A DNA stretch of 63,302 nucleotides, the filler included, from Craspedostauros australis (lineage: Eukaryota): assembly GCA_030167865.1 (NCBI GenBank). It is 13 parts of 12 records of this genome, joined end to end, with 100 filler letters (N's around TTAATTAATTAA, not from the genome) between each part and the next. Parts side by side here need not be neighbours in the genome. Positions count along the whole stretch, not along the records: positions 23,008 to 25,716 come from JALAGF010006170.1; positions 25,817 to 27,690 come from JALAGF010006171.1; positions 27,791 to 29,285 come from JALAGF010006171.1; positions 29,386 to 36,686 come from JALAGF010006172.1; 9 more parts are not named here. The stretch is one strand, 5' to 3'. Positions 23,008 through 36,432 of this stretch are shown piece by piece. Both the position numbers and the translations under genes were made by a program. The notes beneath the pieces were generated by a model that worked only from the letters and a program-made list of their open reading frames with translations, searched no databases and was not told the origin of the DNA. Every line of letters starts with the position of its first letter. Position 1 is the stretch's first letter.

Positions 23008-25716
23008 CACAGCGCTTTGTCTAAACCCCAATTTGAGTAGGATGTCGACCAGCTTCTTGTTCCATTGTCTGGCACTCTGCACGAGTCCATATATCGTCTT
23101 CTTGAGTAGCAGGCATTCGTTGGCTTCATGCTTCATACCCTTGGGGCATCGCATGTAGATCTCCTCCTCGAGCTCTCCATGTAAGAATGCTGTCTCAAAG
23201 TCGATAATGATGCTGTCCAAGTGTAACAACATCTTCATTGTGAGCATAACGCGGTAGGTTGCGTCGTGTATCACTGGTGCGTGGTGTGCTGAGAAGTCAA
23301 CTCCTGCAATCTGCGAGTATCCGCATGCAACGAGTCTTGCACGGAACACACCGTTCCTCTTCTCCTTGAACACCCATTTGGTCTTCACGCATCGCCGATC
23401 CTTCGGCATTTGGTTCATCNNNNNNNNNNNNNNNNNNNNNNNNNNNNNCATATCGTTGAACTCCTTGTTGATGGCCTCCCGCCATTTCGTTCTCTTCTCA
23501 GGATCTGCATGATCCCAGCACTCCTCGAATGTGGTCGGGTCTAGCATCATTGCGACATTAGCTTGCTCGTACCCCTCTTCGAGTGATCGTTGGTCCAATC
23601 TTTGGCTCGCAGTGATGAAGTCGTCGAGTCTCATCTTACCATGAGTAGTATCTATCATCATACCTGCGACGTCTCTGTTGAATGTTGACCAATTCGTGTG
23701 GAAATNNNNNNNNNNNNNNNNNNNNNNNNNNNNNNNNNNNNNNNNNNNNNNNNNNNNNTCTCCTTCATCTGATTCTGACTCTCCACTGGATCCTAGGTCT
23801 CGTTCCTCCATTGGAATGGGTGAATTGTTGAACCCCGCGAGAGCCTTCAGCATCCTTGGCATCCCTCTAACAGGTGTTGCGACTGGGACCTCGTCTTGAT
23901 CGTGTGGTCTCTTCTCGTTGTCCCTTCCGGATTCATCGTCGTTATCATCGTACGAATCGTCATCCCCTTGGGTGGGGAGCAAGTCATCTTGCCCTTGAGC
24001 AGCGTCTTCTGTATCTATGTCTTTTCCGGCTCCTCTGCTCTGATCTGCGTCGTCGGTCTCCATTCCCTTGATGGTGTCCTCACGTCGCTCCCAAGTTACT
24101 CTATTGTNNNNNNNNNNNNNNNNNNNNNNNNNNNNNNNNNNNNNNNNNNNNNNNNNNGTCTAGCATCATTGCGACATTAGCTTGCTCGTACCCCTCTTCG
24201 AGTGATCGTTGGTCCAATCCTTGGCTCGCAGTGATGAAGTCATCGAGTCTCATCTTACCATGAGTAGTATCTATCATCATACCTGCGACGTCTCTATTGA
24301 ATGTTGACCAATTCGTGTGGAAATCCTGTCCTGATGTTGCCAATGGTGTGGTAGTCGTTGTTGGAGTAGTCTCATTCTCTCCTTCATCTGATTCTGACTC
24401 TCCACTGGATCCTAGGTCTCGTTCCTCCATTGGAATGGGTGAATTGTTGAACCCCGCGAGAGCCTTCAGCATCCTTGGCATGTCCCTAACAGGTGTTGCG
24501 ACTGGGACCTCGTCTGGCTCGTCCTCGCCTGACTCGTAGTGTCCCTTCTCGTCGTCCCTTCCGGATTCATCGTCGTTATCATTGTACGATTTGTCATCCC
24601 CTTGGGTGGGGAGCAAGTCATCTTGCCCTTGAGCAGCGTCTTCTGTATCTATGTCAATTCCGGCTCCTCTGCTCTGATCTGCGTCGTCGGTTTCCATTCC
24701 CTTGATGGTGTCCTCACGTCGCTCCCAAGTTACTCTATTGTTCGGNNNNNNNNNNNNNNNNNNNNNNNNNNNNNNNNNNNNNNNNNNNNNNNNNNNNNNN
24801 NNNNNNNNNNNNNNNNNNTTGAACTGCCCATATGACTGGTTCATCCATGTCACGTCTCTCGTGATTAGGATTCTCGTTGTAGCTAGATTCATCATCCGGT
24901 ACACACCACTAGCATGCGATTGGCCGTATCCGACGAACATAGCCGGTTTGGATCTGCTATCCAGCTTCGCCTTGATTGTTCGTCCTCCGATGTGGACCAT
25001 ACCTATTTCGCCGAATGTACGCAGTCCATCTACGTAAGTGGGGATCTGTTCGTTGAATAGGATGCAAGCTGGTTCTCTTGTCTTTGTTCCGATGATGTTC
25101 TCCAATTGNNNNNNNNNNNNNNNNNNNNNNNNNNNNNNNNNNNNNNNNNNNNNNNNNNCTGTTCGTTGAATAGGATACACGCTGGTTCTCTTGTCTTTGT
25201 TCCGATGATGTTCTCCAATTGCGTGGCTGTGCGAGCTGCTTCCGCCCACAGCTTACTTCGAGAGCTCTTCGGTAGATGCGTCTGATTTAGCATAGCTCTC
25301 ACCTTTCCGTATAGTACAGCGAATTTTCGCTCCACGCGACCATTTTGTTGGGGAGTGGCCGCGGCGGTGTACTCGAAAGTNNNNNNNNNNNNNNNNNNNN
25401 NNNNNNNNNNNNNNNNNNNNNNNNNNNNNNNNNNNNNNNNNNNNNNNNNNNNNNNNNNNNNNNNNNNNNNNNNNNNNNNNNNNNNNNNNNNNNNNNNNNN
25501 NNNNNNNNNNNNNNNNNNNNNNNNNNNNNTCACAAAGAAACTCCAGCAGTAATCGCTGTAGTCATCGATAACCAGAAGCCAGTATTTGCCTCGGCCGAAA
25601 CTGTACGTCTGAACACTCGATGTGTCCATGAGCAGTCGCTCTCCGACTTTCTTTGCTCTTGGCTGTAGAGTCTTCGTCAATCCTCTTTGTCGCGATTTGC
25701 CGATCGCGCAATCCAC
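23008..25716 (-). mobile_element. Copia family-D pol fragments (integrase, RT), partly duplicated across gaps
   Basis: DDYSDYCW, TPQQNGRVER, KWVFKEK..FRARLVACGYSQ, AFLHGEL, IYGLVQSARQW. Confidence 0.92.
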
Positions 25717-25816
25717 NNNNNNNNNNNNNNNNNNNNNNNNNNNNNNNNNNNNNNNNNNNNTTAATTAATTAANNNNNNNNNNNNNNNNNNNNNNNNNNNN
25801 NNNNNNNNNNNNNNNN

Positions 25817-28800
25817 TGTTGTACACTCCTGATGCATGTTGGTGTGCATATCCAATGAACACCATCTCTTCTCCTCTATTCTTGAGCTTGGCGGAGATCC
25901 CGCCATAGGTGATCTTCACAACAACCACCTCTCCGAATGTGCGGAGTGAATTGGCATATGGTGGATTGCTGCCAAAGAATTGGCAATGGCAGTGGCAGTG
26001 CTTGCAGCTGCTGCCCACAGGCCATGCCTCTATTTGTTGTTGAGTTGTGCTCCGTTGAGCATGGANNGGANCTTGGTGTAGAGATACGCAAACTTGNGTT
26101 CTACTCTACCATTCCGCTNTGGNGTGTTGGACGCCATGNACTCNAATTTNGCATTCAGTCCTGCATCGATGAGAGTATCCTGCGTGGATTTGTTCTCTCC
26201 GCTGTTATTGCCTTGGAAAATGATTTGTTGATCACCTGTGTGTGATTTGATCGTCTGCATGAATCGTTTGATACCCTGGTTGGTCCCTCTTGTTCTTCAG
26301 AAAGAAGCTCCAGCAGTAGTCCGTGAAGCCNNNNNNNNNNNNNNNNNNNNNNNNNNNNNNNNNNNNNNNNNNNNNNNNNNCGTCATTTCTGAATCGTTGA
26401 GTGTGTTTGGTGCTTGCGCCCAGCCACAGAACTGTCCATATGATTGGTTGAGCCATTTGATGTCACAGGAACAGACCAGTGACTTGGTCAATGGTCTGTA
26501 CATGTTGTACACTCCTGATGCATGTTGGTGTGCATATCCAATGAACACCATCTCTTCTCCTCTATTCTTGAGCTTGGCGGNNNNNNNNNNNNNNNNNNNN
26601 NNNNNNNNNNNNNNNNNNNNNNNNNNNNNNNNNNNNNNNNNNNNNNNNNNNNNNNNNNNNNNNNNTTGGCAATGGCAGTGGCAGTGCTTGCAGCTGCTGC
26701 CCACAGGCCATGCCTCTATTTGTTGTTGAGTTGTGCTCCGTTGAGCATGGAATGGATCTTGGTGTAGAGATACGCAAACTTGCGTTCTACTCTACCATTC
26801 CGCTGTGGTGTGTTGGACGCCATGAACTCAAATTTCGCATTCAGTCCTGCATCGATGAGAGTATCCTGCGTGGATTTGTTCTCTCCGCTGTTATTGCCTT
26901 GGAAAATGATTTGTTGATCACCTGTGTGTGATTTGATCGTCTGCATGAATCGTTTGATACCCTGGTTGGTCCCTCTTGTTCTTCAGAAAGAAGCTCCAGC
27001 AGTAGTCCGTGAAGCCGTCCACGATCAAGGTCCAGTAGCGTTTATCTCCGAAGCCTATGTGTTTAGTGTAACTGATATCAATGAAGAGGCGTTCGCCACG
27101 GCGAGTCGCTCTTGGGATTCTAGTCTTTGAGATGTTCTTCACTCTCGCATTCGCAACAGCACAGTCGCGACACACCAGCATCTCGCCGATGATCTTCCAT
27201 CCGTATTGAGCGGCTGTCTGCTTCATGGTCTCGAGTGGTGCGTGACGGTGCATTCCATGCAAGTTCACTGCGCTCACCTCCTTGGATGGGCTCTTGATGA
27301 TGGCTGTGGAAGCCTTGTCATCCTCAGTTGGCATGATGGGATGCATCTGCACTCCTGTGATGAATCNNNNNNNNNNNNNNNNNNNNNNNNNNNNNNNNNN
27401 NNNNNNNNNNNNNNNNNNNNNNNNNNNNNNNNNNNNNNNNNNNNNNNNNNNNNNNNNNNNNNNNNNNNNNNNNNNNNNNGTAGAGAAAAGGTTCACCACC
27501 ATCTTGGGTGTGTACTTCACATGATCGAGCCGGAAAATGTGGCCAGTGTTGTCGCGCTGCTTGACCTTCAAGCGGATGGATCCGATCTTGGGAGAGTCCA
27601 GCTTCATGCTGTCTCCCACTTGGATGAAGGACTTGATGTGCCGCACGTTGAAGAGGCTGGCGTCTGAGTTCACGATGTTACACGAGGCTCNNNNNNNNNN
27701 NNNNNNNNNNNNNNNNNNNNNNNNNNNNNNNNNNTTAATTAATTAANNNNNNNNNNNNNNNNNNNNNNNNNNNNNNNNNNNNNNNNNNNNGTGCTTTGTA
27801 CTCGGCACTCACTGTGCTGAGGAGCTGCATGATCATTTCCTCGTTGCTGATCTCGTGCCTGACGTCTTGAAGGCAGGAGTGCAATAGCTTGAGCCATGCG
27901 ATGTAGACATCTGGATCAGTGTCCTTCTTCATCTTCTTGTTGTTGAACTGCCTCTTGAGCTTGATCTTGGTGGCAGCATCGGATGGCTTGTACTTCTCCG
28001 TGAGAAGTTTCCACACCTTGTGTGGGTTCCCCTCAGGGAATATGTCGGAGATGCATTGGTTGTTGTATTGGATGGCTTGCTTGCCTGTACCCTTCTCTGC
28101 ATCCATCATGAGGATCAGATCGCTGAAGCAGTTGGCTGCCAGCTCGTAGGTCTCCTCCAATACTTCCTTGTCTGCTTCTGTGGCAGCTCCAATTTCGCTC
28201 TTGGTTAGGATCCTCGTCTTCCCCAACATCACATCTCTTGTTCTCTGCGCACGCATGTACGCCTTTGTTTGGGACTCCCAGGCATTGTAGTCCTCCTGAC
28301 TACCGCTGAATAGCGGCGCCTTGATAGGTTGCTTGTTCACGTTGGCTGATGTTGCCATGTTACTCTGTTGCTTCATTGATGTTACGTGCACGCTCGTGAT
28401 CTCCGTTTGTTTCTGTGTGATCACTTTTTCAATTTTCGCTCGTGTTTCCGCGGAGATGTCTTTCGTCACAAATTCTCCTCCTCGTGTTGTCTCACTTTCT
28501 CTGCTCTGTTTGGCCGTGCGAATGCTCTTCGTCACACCTGTCTCTTCTTGCTTCATATTTGTGAGAATGCTCTTCTGCACGAGTCGTAGTCTCGCAAACC
28601 AATCCTTGTTGGTCTCGTCGATCGCGCTTCCTTCTGCGCTAGAGAGGACAGTGGGCGCACCTACTTCCTTCTGTGGTTGAAGTGGAGTCTCACTCACACC
28701 TTCTTCTTGTTTGATAGTTGGGTTGGACAGAGGGATGTCTTTCAATTCCTCTTCCTCACTCATTCAGCCTGCTGCTCTTGAATGATGTGGTCTTCTTTGC

Positions 28801-29285
28801 ACGATCCGATCCGCGGGCTTGCCCTGATCTATCGTTTACAAACGTGTTGAAAAGTTCCGTAGACGGATACCTTGCAATCGTGGAAGACAGTGATGGCTGT
28901 TATGATGACAATTGCTATTTCATGACATTGCTCCTCTGATGCTCTTGGTGTCTCTCTCTGACTATGAGNNNNNNCACAAGATACTCTCTCGCCATTACTC
29001 GTATTCTCTCTCTCTCTCGATATTTCGCGTCCACAACAAGCAATATTTCGTACTCGATATGTGCTCTGTATTCGACACATGCTCAGCTGTCTTGTCCTCT
29101 ACTGGCCCACTACTCTGCGAGTATTCGTCAATGTTTTGTCCAAACTCCTCCTTGTATATCTACGATCTTGATATTGCTTGGCCATTGAATCTTTGCCTTC
29201 GTGATCTGATGTGGAGACAGCTGCCAACGTGGTGACATGATGACATCCTGTCAATGTCAGCTGTTGTCTTCCATGGTCCTTCAGA
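25817..29285 (-). mobile_element. Degenerate family-A-like copia: LTR part (28845-29285), gag, protease, integrase on two contigs
   Basis: Proteins closely match 8059-12000; LTR ends ...GGAACTTTTCAACA followed by the same leader as at 7978. Confidence 0.92.
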
Positions 29286-29385
29286 NNNNNNNNNNNNNNN
29301 NNNNNNNNNNNNNNNNNNNNNNNNNNNNNTTAATTAATTAANNNNNNNNNNNNNNNNNNNNNNNNNNNNNNNNNNNNNNNNNNNN

Positions 29386-32300
29386 GCTCACCAATACCAC
29401 CATCATCTCATTCACGAACGTCCTCGAGCGACTTGGCTTGACGACGGAAATCCTCAAGGCAATCGATGCCTCCAAGACGACCACTCTGCGATTCGAGGCG
29501 TCCGATTCGGCCGAGTTCCTCAGCGAGCAGCTCGTCGAGGTACCATCCAACACGAGCTTCCAGACCAAGGAGACTACCAAGACATCAGGATCCATGTTCG
29601 CAGCCACTGAAAAGACCACCGTTCACAACGTCGTCAAGAAGGTCAAGGAATATCATTGGAGGGTGACAGTGTCGTGGGAGATCTACCTGTATTCCGGAAA
29701 CGATGCTACCGGCACGAAGACATCGTTGAAATCACGCAAAAGCACCATCATGATCGTCACGCAGACCAAGGATCCTTCTCTTTCACCCCGCACTGATCAT
29801 TCGCCCATCGACATCTCCTTGAATTGGTTGCTCAAGATGATCGACACCAATTTGCTGGCGGCACAGTTCAAGGTCGATCGTCAGTCCAAGGATACGAAGA
29901 CGCCGCGGCGCAACACCCAGATCGAGGACGCATTCGCGTTCTTCGATGAACTGTGCGATTGGTGCCACAAGGTCAGCACGCACTTTGAGCATCGCGTGGA
30001 GATGTTCATCACCATGCACAATCCCGCCAAAGAACAGCCACGCAACATCAACATGCTCCGCTCCATCGACGTGTCCACTATTTTCTGCCCCATTCTTCCA
30101 TTGATGGAGGAAGCTGGGAGTGACGCGGACGGCAGCGACCCCAGCGGCGCAGAACAGCAATCCATGCTTTCCATGAAACCGACTACTTCTACGACATCAT
30201 CCACAGACGCTGCTGCTGCTACCACCGACGACGGCATGGAAGTCGATATCAGCAGCGGCGCCAGCAAACAATCTCCGATGCTATCAAGCGTGGACATGCA
30301 AAAGCTCATCAACGAGCAGATCAGAACCATCACGGAGGCGATTGCCAAATTGACATCGCAGTTCCCAGCAAAAACGCTGGATCGATTGGTATCAACTTCG
30401 GAGGCAACAGTCGTCTTGCTCTGCCATCACGTTGACTTGCTGAAACAGCAATACGTGCATGGCATGGGTTTCATCGAGGAGATGCTGAAGAACCAGCTGG
30501 TGGCGGCCATCGGCAAGACCGTCGAGTCGCACGATCTGGACCAATTCATGAGCTACCACAACGCCAAGCTTCTGAGCCGACCACCGCAAGCTTTCTGCCA
30601 CGCCATCCAACGCCCGGAGCATTCGCCGGAAGGCCAGCTCAGCATCGAAGCCCCCGACAGCGACGGAAAGATGGAATCGATTGAGACTCTGTGCCGGCAG
30701 GTCGAGGCTGACAGCGTCCTGGAAATCCCGCTGAATGCAGCCACCACCCTCGAATTGAACGGTGACATGAACCTGCATGGGTGGGTGAAGCACCGATTCG
30801 CAGACACCAAGAAAAGCTACGACNNNNNNNNNNNNNNNNNNNNNNNNNNNNNNNNNNNNNNNNNNNNNNNNNNCCATTGATGGAGGAAACTGGGAGTGTC
30901 GCGGACGGCAGCGACCCCAGCGGCGCAGAACAGCAATCCATGCTTTCCATGAAACCGGCTACTTCTACAACATCATCCACAGACGCTGCTGCTGCTGCTA
31001 CCACCGACGACGGCATGGAGGTCGATAACAGCAGCGGCGCCAGCAAACAATCTCCGATGCTATCAAGCGTGGACATGCAAAAGCTCATCAACGAGCAGAT
31101 CAGAACCATCACGGAGGCGATTGCCAAATTGACATCGCAGTTCCCAGCAAAAACGCTGGATCGATTGGTATCAACTTCGGAGGCAACAGTCGTCTTGCTC
31201 TGCCATCACGTTGACTTGCTGAAACAGCAATACGTGCATGGCATGGGTTTCATCGAGGAGATGCTGAAGAACCAGCTGGTGGCGGCCATCGGCAAGACCG
31301 TCGAGTCGCACGATCTGGACCAATTCATGAGCTACCACAACGCCAAGCTTCTGAGCCGACCACCGCAAGCTTTCTGCCACGCCATCCAACGCCCGGAACA
31401 TTCGCCGGAGGGCCAGCTCAGCATCGAAGCCCCCGACAGCGACGGAAAGATGGAATCGATCGAGACTCTGTGCCGGCAGGTCGAGGCTGACAGCGTCCTG
31501 GAAATCCCGCTGAATGCGGCCACCACCCTCGAATTGAACGGTGACATGAACCTGCATGGGTGGGTGAAGCACCGATTCGCANNNNNNNNNNNNNNNNNNN
31601 NNNNNNNNNNNNNNNNNNNNNNNNNNNNNNNNNNNNNNNNNNNNNNNNNNNNNNNNNNNNNNNNNNNNNNNNNNNNNNNNNNNNNNNNNNNNNNNNNNNN
31701 NNNNNNNNNNNNNNNNNNAAACAAGGATGAATTGATCATCCCGCTTCTGCTGGATGAGCTCCCCACCGCGAAGGAGTTCAAGGATGCCATCAAGTCGCTT
31801 TCACCGGAACAACAACGCTTCGCCAAGGCATTCCGCAGCATGCAGCTGGAGTCCTCCGTGTTCGGCGTTTGCATCGTCGAGATCAAGCCGCAGCTCGAGA
31901 AGCTGTTGGGATTGCCGACCGATGCCCTGGCCAAGGAGATGCAAATGATGCAGGACCTCATGAAGCTCTTCATCGAGTACCAGGTCCCGTCCGACTTGCT
32001 GTCGTTCGATGGGTTGCCGACCGCCGATGTCCACAGTAAGGTCGGCAATGTAAAGGCCCACGTAAAGGCCGTCATGGCTGTGATCGAAGCCGAGAAGAAG
32101 AAGCAACTTGACGAGGAGAGGAAGAAGGCCGAAATGGAACTGGAGATGCAAAAGGCTAGAACGCCGATGGCGTTTGGATCAGCGGCACCCGCACCTTCAA
32201 CGCTGTCAACACGGCAAGGAGCCTTTGCAGGGAGGGGAGGGATGAAGATGAAAAAGAAGGGGGCAATGATGAAGATGTCGGCGCCTGTCATGTCCTCGTA

Positions 32301-32997
32301 CCGGGCGGCCATGCCAGAAGTCGCCATGGATGCCATGGATCTTGCCATGGAGCCTTCTGCCGCTTCTGCTTCTCTGTTCGCAGAAACAGGCATCCAACAA
32401 CAAATCACTACCCTCGACCAAACACAGCAGATGGCTGCAGACGCAAACACGAGCGCCGATGTAACTGCCAATGCTCGCGAAGGCACGGGGGAGACAGGCG
32501 GCAGTGCACCATCATCGACGCAAATCGACTTCACTCTCATCCCGAAGATGTTGGATGACTCCATGGAGAAATACGACCCCGACAACGCTCTGCGATCCAC
32601 GATCATCAAGACATCCGCCTCGTGGACTCGCAAACGCAAGGCCAGCCTCCTGACGAAAGCGGAATCATCGGTCCTCACTTCATCAGAAATCAAGACGGAG
32701 AAGGACAAGGCTTTCGACCTCCTCGATGCGCTGAGCCGGAGCGGTTCGCTGTCCATCGATTGCTCGTCCTTGCACGTCCTCGTTTGCGTCACGCATTGCT
32801 TCGAGAACGATGTTATGGGCACCGTCATCCAGGACAACGTGAATCCGATCGAGAAGATGGAACGATCGACCTTGCTGATCGGATCCGCCATCCATGGTGT
32901 CCCAGCACACAACTTGGTCACCGATGCCGGCGGCAATCTCAATCGTTTGCGATCCAGCTTTCCGCTGCTGCTCTCTGACGGCGTCACCAGGACATGA
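29386..32997 (+). CDS. Conserved hypothetical protein, 5'-truncated; 30874-31581 is an assembly duplicate of ~30096-30801
   Basis: Long open frames with host-like codon use, globular blocks (LPTAKEFKDAIKSLSPEQQRFAKAFRSMQLES; AFDLLDALSRSGSL) and a coiled coil; function not recognised. Confidence 0.8.
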
Positions 32998-33412
32998 GCA
33001 GTCATCAAATCTTAATTGAAGTACACACAATTCTCCAATCCAATAGAGAGCATTTTTCTTTGTTCATTATCGGTGTGGTTGTCCGGGATCATGTACTCCG
33101 AGATGGCAGTGTCTCTGGCTTGGCATGCGTGTGAAGGGGTGTGCGACCCCCTCCGCCGGCTGCGTTGCAAACTGCCTTGGTTTGATCGGCTTCTGCAGTG
33201 ACCTTCGCCGCCGAAAGTTTCTCCCGTATCGGCAGATCGCCATCAATGTTCTGGATGAATTGTTCCGTGTCAAGATGGTCGGTTCTGCAGAGAAGAGTGG
33301 AGTATCGTACAGTCAATGAAAATTTGTCAAACTGCACAAGTAACTCCTGAGATGTATTGGCCGTTGTTGCGTGTCCTGGTCGACTCGCTCTTGCTGTTTC
33401 GTAAAACAGGAA

Positions 33413-35482
33413 GAGCGAGTCGACCTACACTCCGTTATTGGACTCTAGAAATTCTATCTTGGATATCCAAACCAAGCACATATTCGTAATACTTGTAGGT
33501 CTAATACGAATATTTAACCATTTTATTTTTGAGTTAGAGCTTATTTTAAGCTTGATGGACAGTCAAAGATATGATGAAGTCATATGGGTCGAACCCCACC
33601 AAACTCGTCGTTGTTTTTCGGAAAGTTCTAAGATGTTCTCAAGTATTTATCGTCAGGTCACCAGTCACGGAGACGACGCCGAAGGTGTCATTCGTTTGGT
33701 ACTCGTTAATTACACGTTAGCGTGTGTCACAGGTTTCCACATTTTGTGCATCCCAACAACGCACAAATTGTTGGCAAACGTCACCCACCAAACACCACAC
33801 ACCGCACGCCAAGCATCATCGTCACAATTTGGTTCCATTTCAAAGCTCTCTCCGCTAATGCCATGCACACTCGCTGTTGCGTTCCATGCTCGTTCTTGTC
33901 ATGGTAGTAACGGTAGTAGTCGTAGTAGTAGTCGTTGTTGTTGTCAACGAATGGTCGACCTTATCGCATGCTCTTGTTTCTGCACTTTGTCCTAGACTTG
34001 TGCAGCTCATCACATCCAACTTGCACAAAACACTACTCTACAGCGACAACTACATCATGCCTCTCTCTACCACCATCAAGGCCCTCTCCAAGGATGGCAA
34101 CCCCTCCCCCAGGTAGAAACCGCATTCTACTCACCCTGTACCTGATCCTCCCTTTGATTCAAAGGGGTTCCTGCTGCCTACCAACGAGCAACTATTGCCT
34201 GACATGCCATCCGCTGCATTCCAGAAGCCGAACACCATCACGAAAGTGATCGATGTGAAGCCGATGCTTGCAGCGGATGGCAGCCTTGTCGCGAACGGTA
34301 CGCATGCGCACGCTCGCAAGCTGCACATGTTCATCCACATCCTTGACAACAATGGAGGCGTCTTCGATGACTCCAATGTCAGGGTGCGCTCCGAGGGACA
34401 AGATGTCGGTGATGGGATTTTGGTGAGCGTTATCATAAACATGCCACCCCCAGCTGCACCTGACGTTGCACCACCTGTCAATCCCATGCCACCAGCGAGT
34501 CCATGGTGTTGCAATGCTGTTGTTGCTGGGAGATACACAGATAGCTTCAATGATAGCGACATCACCTACAATGACAACGACAAGGAGAAACGAATGCGCG
34601 CCAGCAGCGGCAAGAGAGGAGGTCAGTTCAGGTATCATCCGCAAGAGGGAGAGAACTGGGGGTGACTTGCTGTGATTCACATCATGGAGGAGCTCACAGA
34701 CCACTTCAACGTAAATGTGCTTAACTCAATGCCTCCCACGGGATTCATGCTTGGTAGCAAGTGCGATAGGCCAACAGGGTGGAACTTAACACATATGTGT
34801 GTCACCATGGCTACTGCGCTCTGGGGTGTCTTGCTCCCTTGTGAGGAATTGCCAACTCACCAGATGCAACAGGTGGTGACGTTTGTCCACACTTGTGCAG
34901 ACCTACGGCCACCTACACTCAGTCCAAATCTGCACACCCTATGTGTGAGGGGGAAGACACTGGCTAACACAGCCAGAGCTATTCTCGCTGCAACAATGCC
35001 ATGCAACAACAGCTCTGCAATCCTGTCTTGTCATGTAGAGACTTGCCAGAGGAACTATGTGTTCGTGACGAGCCCACACGCGCCGCTATCACCCGAAGCC
35101 AGCTCACAAAGTTGCGGCTCCCAACAAATGCCAAAAATCCACAGCTGGTGCCATCGTGGATGCAATGTTGGGTTGTCTGGTGGGAAAACCAAAAAAGAGA
35201 CTAAACAATTCAAAATGGGAACAAAATCGCTGAAACAAATAGCAGGAGCGTGTCAAGTTGGATCGATGTCGTCGGAAGCGCTGCGCTGAATCCCGGAAGA
35301 GATCAAAGCACGCGCACATCCATCGGCCCATAAAACCTAAAATAGGATCTAACTCCAAAGTGTATTGGTAAATTATTTATAAGGAGACTACGAGGATCAC
35401 GAATATGCGCTTGGTTTGGACATCCGAGACACAATTTCTGGAGGCCAATAGTAAAGTGCAGGTCGACTCGCTCGGTGGGCTC
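33413..35482. mobile_element. Non-autonomous DNA transposon-like element with long (~150 bp) imperfect terminal inverted repeats
   Basis: 33413-33560 aligns with the reverse complement of ~35325-35473 (GAGCGAGTCGACCT.CACT...CCAAACCAAGC.CATATTCGT...GAGTTAGA); interior holds a decayed ORF at 34057-35130. Confidence 0.75.
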
Positions 35483-35765
35483 GGACACCCATTGTTCCGC
35501 CCGAACAATTCTCTTCACCTTGGGTGTCGCTGATTGTTGTTGTTCTTCGTGTGGTTTCAGAGCACTTGTGATTCTCGACAGACACATGCACACTCTACTC
35601 GTGCAACTACGATGATGATTGGAAAGCCACGGTACCATACATGCTCATGGCAGATGCGGATTCATGATGCATTTTTCATTGGTGTCATAATCTCGTCTTC
35701 TTCCACACATCAATCAACGACTGCCGACCAACTCGCAACTCGAAACTCACAACAGCGTTCACACC

Positions 35766-36432
35766 ATGAAATTCCCCATCGTCAACCAAGCTTCTCCGCT
35801 GCTCCTGGCAACCATCATTGGTATCGTCAACGTGAGGCATGTGGCATCCGCCAAGTGCGGTGATCCTTGGCGCGAACCGTGTCTCGGCGACACCGACGCC
35901 AGATACAAAACAGACCGCAATTATGATATCGAAGCGCAGAGCGATCTTGCGGTAGGTCAATCATTGCCCAGTCACTCTGAGGATTCAGTTGGGTTGATCA
36001 TGCATGCACGGATACCAGCTCGCCGTTGCACAATATGTGCGATGAGTGCCAAACGTTTTCAATCACTGATGGTCTGTTTGTCTCGGAGCGGCCCCTCCGC
36101 CCTGCGCAATCCCACGAGCATTCTAACATACGGTACAAATTCATTCATTCATCCGTCCATCATCTGTCTGGCTCCATTGCATTACTTACTCTTTGATCAC
36201 ACAGCAAGCATATGCGGGATACTACGTGTGCGACATGTACTCGTACGGACCGGATGGTCAGCCGTTGCAGAGTCGTCAAGTGGACGTTCCCGTGTGGGAT
36301 AATATGGTATCCGAGAATCACATGCGGGACTCAATTGGTATCCAAGACACGAATCGACCGACTCAAAGGTATCCGAGAGCCAGACATGTGACGCGATCGT
36401 ATCCGAGACTGAGAAGGATCCCAGAAGCATAG
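35766..36432 (+). CDS. Putative secreted Cys-containing protein, spliced (intron 35952-36204), probably truncated
   Basis: Signal-peptide-like MKFP...LLLATIIGIV..VASA; a phase-0 GT..AG intron joins SDLA to QAYAGYYVCDMYSYGPDG; 3' end uncertain. Confidence 0.55.

Noticed and set aside
30096..31581. Apparent internal tandem duplication in the large CDS
   Set aside because: Near-identical copies separated by an N gap; most likely allelic haplotigs. The same applies to 23540-24745, 25817-27020, 39300-39490, 40945-41400 and 62287-62380.
31332..33008. 558-aa minus-strand ORF
   Set aside because: Antisense shadow of the plus-strand gene; Ser/Ala-rich with no features.
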